From IMG/VR virus record IMGVR_UViG_3300044780_000040: a DNA stretch of 46,444 nt. One strand, given 5' to 3'. The notes under the pieces were generated by a model that had not been told where the DNA came from, made no database searches, and was given only the letters and a program-made list of their open reading frames with translations. Positions 43,452 to 46,444 of the stretch are shown here, piece after piece. The translations under genes were made by a program, and so were the position numbers. Every line of letters begins with the position of its first letter. The stretch's first letter is position 1. The stretch is from a virus.

Positions 43452-43767
43452 CGCCAAACTCGCCGCCGCCCTTCGCGAAATCGGCCTCGAAACTCTAGCT
43501 CAGGATGCCGAAAAAGACTTCTACCACGACTTCAGCTCCCCCTACCCATTGCCAGAAATGGTGCTGGTCCGAGAGCTTCAGATTGAATCCACAAAATGCG
43601 GCTCAGACCAGAACGATAAACGAATCAAAATCATGGCCCTTCGCCGTCGTGTCATAGATGGCGAATTCGATGCAACCATAGAGGAGAGTGACGCATGGGC
43701 AGCGAGTCCCGAAGGTCAAGAGGCTTTTTCTCGGCTCGTCCGAGGAAAGACGGACCCAAAAACCTAG
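43435..43767 (+). CDS. Hypothetical protein (110 aa, GTG start)
   Basis: AAGGAG lies 7 nt upstream of the GTG. Confidence 0.55.
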   Translation: MTQKSSAKLAAALREIGLETLAQDAEKDFYHDFSSPYPLPEMVLVRELQIESTKCGSDQNDKRIKIMALRRRVIDGEFDATIEESDAWAASPEGQEAFSRLVRGKTDPKT

Positions 43768-43976
43768 GCCCCACGGGCGAATTTCCCGACGGCTCTCTCG
43801 GCCCTCATGATCAGGGAGCCTTACAGATCGGTATCGCCAGAGACAAAAATGGCAACGTTGTCGTCAACTTCAACACTGAAGTCTGTTGGATCGCGATGCC
43901 TCCAGAGCAAGCCATCGAATTCGCGAAAAACATTATGCGCCACGCGGGGGCCAAGAAGATCGAGGTAGAATTCTGA
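43695..43976 (+). CDS. Hypothetical protein (93 aa; start uncertain)
   Basis: ORF with a 73-nt overlap with the upstream gene. The C-terminal two thirds look globular. Confidence 0.45.
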   Translation: MGSESRRSRGFFSARPRKDGPKNLGPTGEFPDGSLGPHDQGALQIGIARDKNGNVVVNFNTEVCWIAMPPEQAIEFAKNIMRHAGAKKIEVEF

Positions 43977-44004
43977 ATAAAGATCCGAAAGGAAGTGATA
44001 TAAA

Positions 44005-44169
44005 ATGCAACTCGTAAAACCAAACGGTGACGTCACGGGCGTCAGGTTCGATGCACACGACGTTGTGAACCTCACAGGCACAGCTTGCAACTTCATGCTT
44101 GGTTACAGTCGAGCTCAAGTCCTCGCTTATTGTAAAGACCGAGGATGGAAAGTGTATTTAACATCATGA
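44005..44169 (+). CDS. Hypothetical small protein (54 aa; below the ORF-track cutoff)
   Basis: AGGAAG lies upstream. My translation is MQLVKPNGDVTGVRFDAHDVVNLTGTACNFMLGYSRAQVLAYCKDRGWKVYLTS. The stop overlaps the ATG at 44166 (ATGA). Confidence 0.45.
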   Translation: MQLVKPNGDVTGVRFDAHDVVNLTGTACNFMLGYSRAQVLAYCKDRGWKVYLTS

Positions 44170-45974
44170 ACGACTATCGCCCCACGACTCCCTCTGCAAT
44201 CGACGACTTATGGTACGGCACCTCAGGCCCTCGAGACGCCCGCATAGTCGTCGTCGCCGAGTCGTGGGGCGCGGCCGAAGCCGCAATGAAAAGACCCCTC
44301 GTCGGAGAATCAGGAAAAGAATTCAACCGAATGTTGAGTGAAGCTGGGCTTTCCCGCGAGTCCATCTTCTGCACGAACTGTTTCGCAGCCCAACCGCCAA
44401 GCAATGAAGTTTGGCGATTTTTCCATGCAAAAGATAGCGGGGAATCGAAATGTCGCGGTCTCCAACCGACTCAATGGGCGACACACGAGCTAGGTCGCTT
44501 ATACCGACAACTCGAAGAAATCCGACCGACCCTTGTCATTGCCGCTGGGAACTATGCCCTCTGGGCATTGACGGACGGCTTAGTATCATTCTCATCCGAG
44601 CCGACGGGGTCCGGTGCAACAGTCCTTGTACCTTCAGGGATCATGTCTTGGCGCGGCTCAATGCTGGAAGCCTCGGGGCTCGCGGCCTTGCCAAATATAA
44701 AAATCCTCCCAATCATCCACCCCGCGGCGATCCTTCGGGCGTGGTATCTGAGAGCGGTGACGATTCATGACCTTAGCTACAGAGTTCCACTTGCGCTTAA
44801 TTCTGACTGGCGCCCATATCCGGGTCCAGAGATCATTCATCGACCATCATTTGCCGACGCCGAAAGAGTGCTGGGAAATTGGATCATACACGCAGCCGCT
44901 GGTTCTCTGCTCCGTCTGTCGAACGACATTGAAACATATCGTGGACTTATCACCTGCCTCTCGTTCGCGGATGGCCCATACGACACTGGATCGACAGCTC
45001 TCGTCATCCCGCTTGTGCGCCCCTCTGGTTCAGGCGGTGCTTTCGAAAATTATTGGACCCCAGAACAAGAACTCCGAATAACTAAGCTTCTCCGAATTTT
45101 ATGGACATATCCGAATGTGCGAATCGAAGGCCAAAACTACAACTACGACACCCAATACATCGAACGAGACTACGGAGTCCGACCCAATCTCGATTTCGAT
45201 ACCATGCTCGCTCATCATCTACTTTGGCCGGGAACCCCAAAAGGGCTCGACTACCTTTCTTCCCTGTACAATAAGTATTACTGGTATTGGAAGGACGACA
45301 ATAAAGAATGGGACAGCAAAGTCGGTGGGTGGGACAGCCATCTCCGGTATAACGCTGAGGACTCCCTTCGGACTTTTGAGTGCGCCACCAGCCTCCGTGC
45401 CCAAATCTCTACTCAGAACTTTGAAGAACTATGGGCCTGGGAAAAAGCCAAAAATGAGATGGCTCTCGAAATGATGCGAAGGGGAATCCTAATCGATCGT
45501 TCTAAACGCGCCGAAATGGGCTTCCATTTGGCATTTGAGAAGGAGAAGATCAATGTCTGGCTGAAAAAAATCATCCCGCAAGAATTCTTAACCCTATCTG
45601 AATTTTCCCCCAAAACTTCAAAAAAATTTTGGTGGGAATCGGGGAAACAACAGAAGGATTTGTTTTACCGGATTCTCGGCTTCCCGCGGAAATTGAGCCG
45701 AAAAACCGGAAACGAAACCCTCGATGCAGAAGCTATCGAACGCTTAAAGAAAGATGTCCCTTGGGCGGCCCGCCTTTGGTCTGCAATAGAGACCCAGCGG
45801 TCAATTGGCGTCTTTCACAACACGTTCATTAGCGCGGAACTCGAGCCCAATGGTCGTATGAAGTGCAGCTTCAATACGGCGGGGACGGAAACATTCCGCT
45901 GGTCCTCTTCCGCAAACGCCTTTTGGCGAGGGACCAATTTGCAGAACATCCCGAAAGGAGAAGAACCAGACTAG
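44166..45974 (+). CDS. Family A DNA polymerase, N-terminal piece: UDG-family-4-like domain, 3'-5' exonuclease, thumb and first fingers element
   Basis: UDG-like: VVVAESWGAAEA...PLVGESGKEF...CTNCFAAQPP...IIHPAAILR. Exo I NDIET, Exo II NYNYD, Exo III YNAED. It ends ...TFRWSSSANAFWRGTNLQNIPKGEEPD*. The track start is 44145, but the ATG at 44166 is coupled to the upstream stop. Confidence 0.85.
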   Translation: MNDYRPTTPSAIDDLWYGTSGPRDARIVVVAESWGAAEAAMKRPLVGESGKEFNRMLSEAGLSRESIFCTNCFAAQPPSNEVWRFFHAKDSGESKCRGLQPTQWATHELGRLYRQLEEIRPTLVIAAGNYALWALTDGLVSFSSEPTGSGATVLVPSGIMSWRGSMLEASGLAALPNIKILPIIHPAAILRAWYLRAVTIHDLSYRVPLALNSDWRPYPGPEIIHRPSFADAERVLGNWIIHAAAGSLLRLSNDIETYRGLITCLSFADGPYDTGSTALVIPLVRPSGSGGAFENYWTPEQELRITKLLRILWTYPNVRIEGQNYNYDTQYIERDYGVRPNLDFDTMLAHHLLWPGTPKGLDYLSSLYNKYYWYWKDDNKEWDSKVGGWDSHLRYNAEDSLRTFECATSLRAQISTQNFEELWAWEKAKNEMALEMMRRGILIDRSKRAEMGFHLAFEKEKINVWLKKIIPQEFLTLSEFSPKTSKKFWWESGKQQKDLFYRILGFPRKLSRKTGNETLDAEAIERLKKDVPWAARLWSAIETQRSIGVFHNTFISAELEPNGRMKCSFNTAGTETFRWSSSANAFWRGTNLQNIPKGEEPD

Positions 45975-45991
45975 AATCAAAGGAGGCGTCC

Positions 45992-46444
45992 TTGACATTC
46001 AGCGACAAAGTTCGAGAAAAACTCGGCCCCACGCCCGAATTACGCGTGTTTAAAAAAGACTCTCGGGCAAGACTACCGATAAGAGCGACAGAAAGCTCTG
46101 TTGGACTCGACGTTTTTGCCTTTCTGCTAACTGAATCCGGAAGGCCAACGACTCGAGCGATTCACCAAAAGAGCGTCACACCAGTCCCAACTGGACTGGT
46201 AATCCAACCTCCCAGCGGGTACTACATTCAATGCATGAGTCGATCCGGCCTTGCAAAGAATGGTGTATTCGTCGCCAACGCTCCCGGAATAGTTGATCCA
46301 GACTATTCAGGGGAGCTGATCATTTTACTCTACAATGGGAGCTACGAAACCCACTATGTCGCTCATGAACATCGAATCGCACAACTCATCCTCACTCCAA
46401 TCTGGCCCTGCGCAATTGGAGAACTTGACATCCTTCCGCCCCCG
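45992..46444 (+). CDS. dut: dUTPase (runs off the window end; continues at 128-169 through the circular junction; 164 aa in total)
   Basis: AGGAGG lies 5 nt upstream of the TTG at 45992. Motifs seen: GLDVFA, SRSGLA, GIVDPDYSGELIILL and (after wrap) RGDRGFGSTG. The gene is not in the ORF track because there is no stop inside the window. Confidence 0.85.
   Translation, partial: MTFSDKVREKLGPTPELRVFKKDSRARLPIRATESSVGLDVFAFLLTESGRPTTRAIHQKSVTPVPTGLVIQPPSGYYIQCMSRSGLAKNGVFVANAPGIVDPDYSGELIILLYNGSYETHYVAHEHRIAQLILTPIWPCAIGELDILPPP
46318..46444. repeat. Second copy of the 127-bp terminal overlap
   Basis: Identical to 1-127. Confidence 0.95.

Noticed and set aside
1-46444. CRISPR arrays, tRNA/tmRNA genes, IS or transposon ends, an attP/integrase module
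   Set aside because: The only regularly spaced repeats are the 11-bp and 16-bp phased short boxes described above. I noticed no cloverleaf-like tRNA sequence and no recombinase-like ORF. The scan was by eye, so small RNAs could have been missed.

Overview
The window is a complete, circularly closed tailed-phage genome. Bases 1-127 are identical to 46318-46444, giving a unit length of 46317 bp. No tail tube, tape-measure or sheath gene is recognisable, so it looks podovirus-like. All calls come from reading ORFs and motifs by eye; no database or HMM search was run.

The genome has two arms.
- The minus-strand late arm runs 28621 down to 2640. It encodes a TerS-like protein, a PD-(D/E)xK-like protein, a 740-aa BNR/LamG-like protein, TerL, portal, scaffold, major capsid, five tiny basic or membrane proteins, an adaptor-like protein, two tail fibres, Gly/Pro-rich internal proteins and a 1995-aa polyvalent protein.
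- The plus-strand early/replication arm runs from 29040 through the circular junction to about 2824. It encodes a terminator-bounded first unit, many small ORFs, a vWA protein, a deoxyribosyltransferase-like protein, a nucleotide-kinase-like protein, a Cas4-like nuclease, a Sak4-like ATPase, a ParB-methyltransferase, a family A polymerase, dUTPase and a DUF3987-like ATPase.

Main observations:
1. The family A DNA polymerase is split into two ORFs exactly between NLQNIP and motif A. A complete dUTPase gene sits in the gap, and the N-terminal piece carries a UDG-family-4-like domain.
2. At least six unrelated early proteins end in the same heptapeptide, [T/K]P[T/S/G]L[D/N]xL-COOH.
3. A non-coding region at about 29960-30299 has two inverted arrays of five 11-bp-phased GACCCT iterons flanking a T-rich tract, which looks like an origin.
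4. A 33-nt palindromic motif (TTATC-N5-GATAA core) occurs four times in intergenic positions.
5. CCGAAT boxes with 16-bp phasing lie in the divergent control region.
6. Two non-packaging genes lie between TerS and TerL.

No tRNA, CRISPR array, integrase, RNA polymerase or endolysin was recognised.
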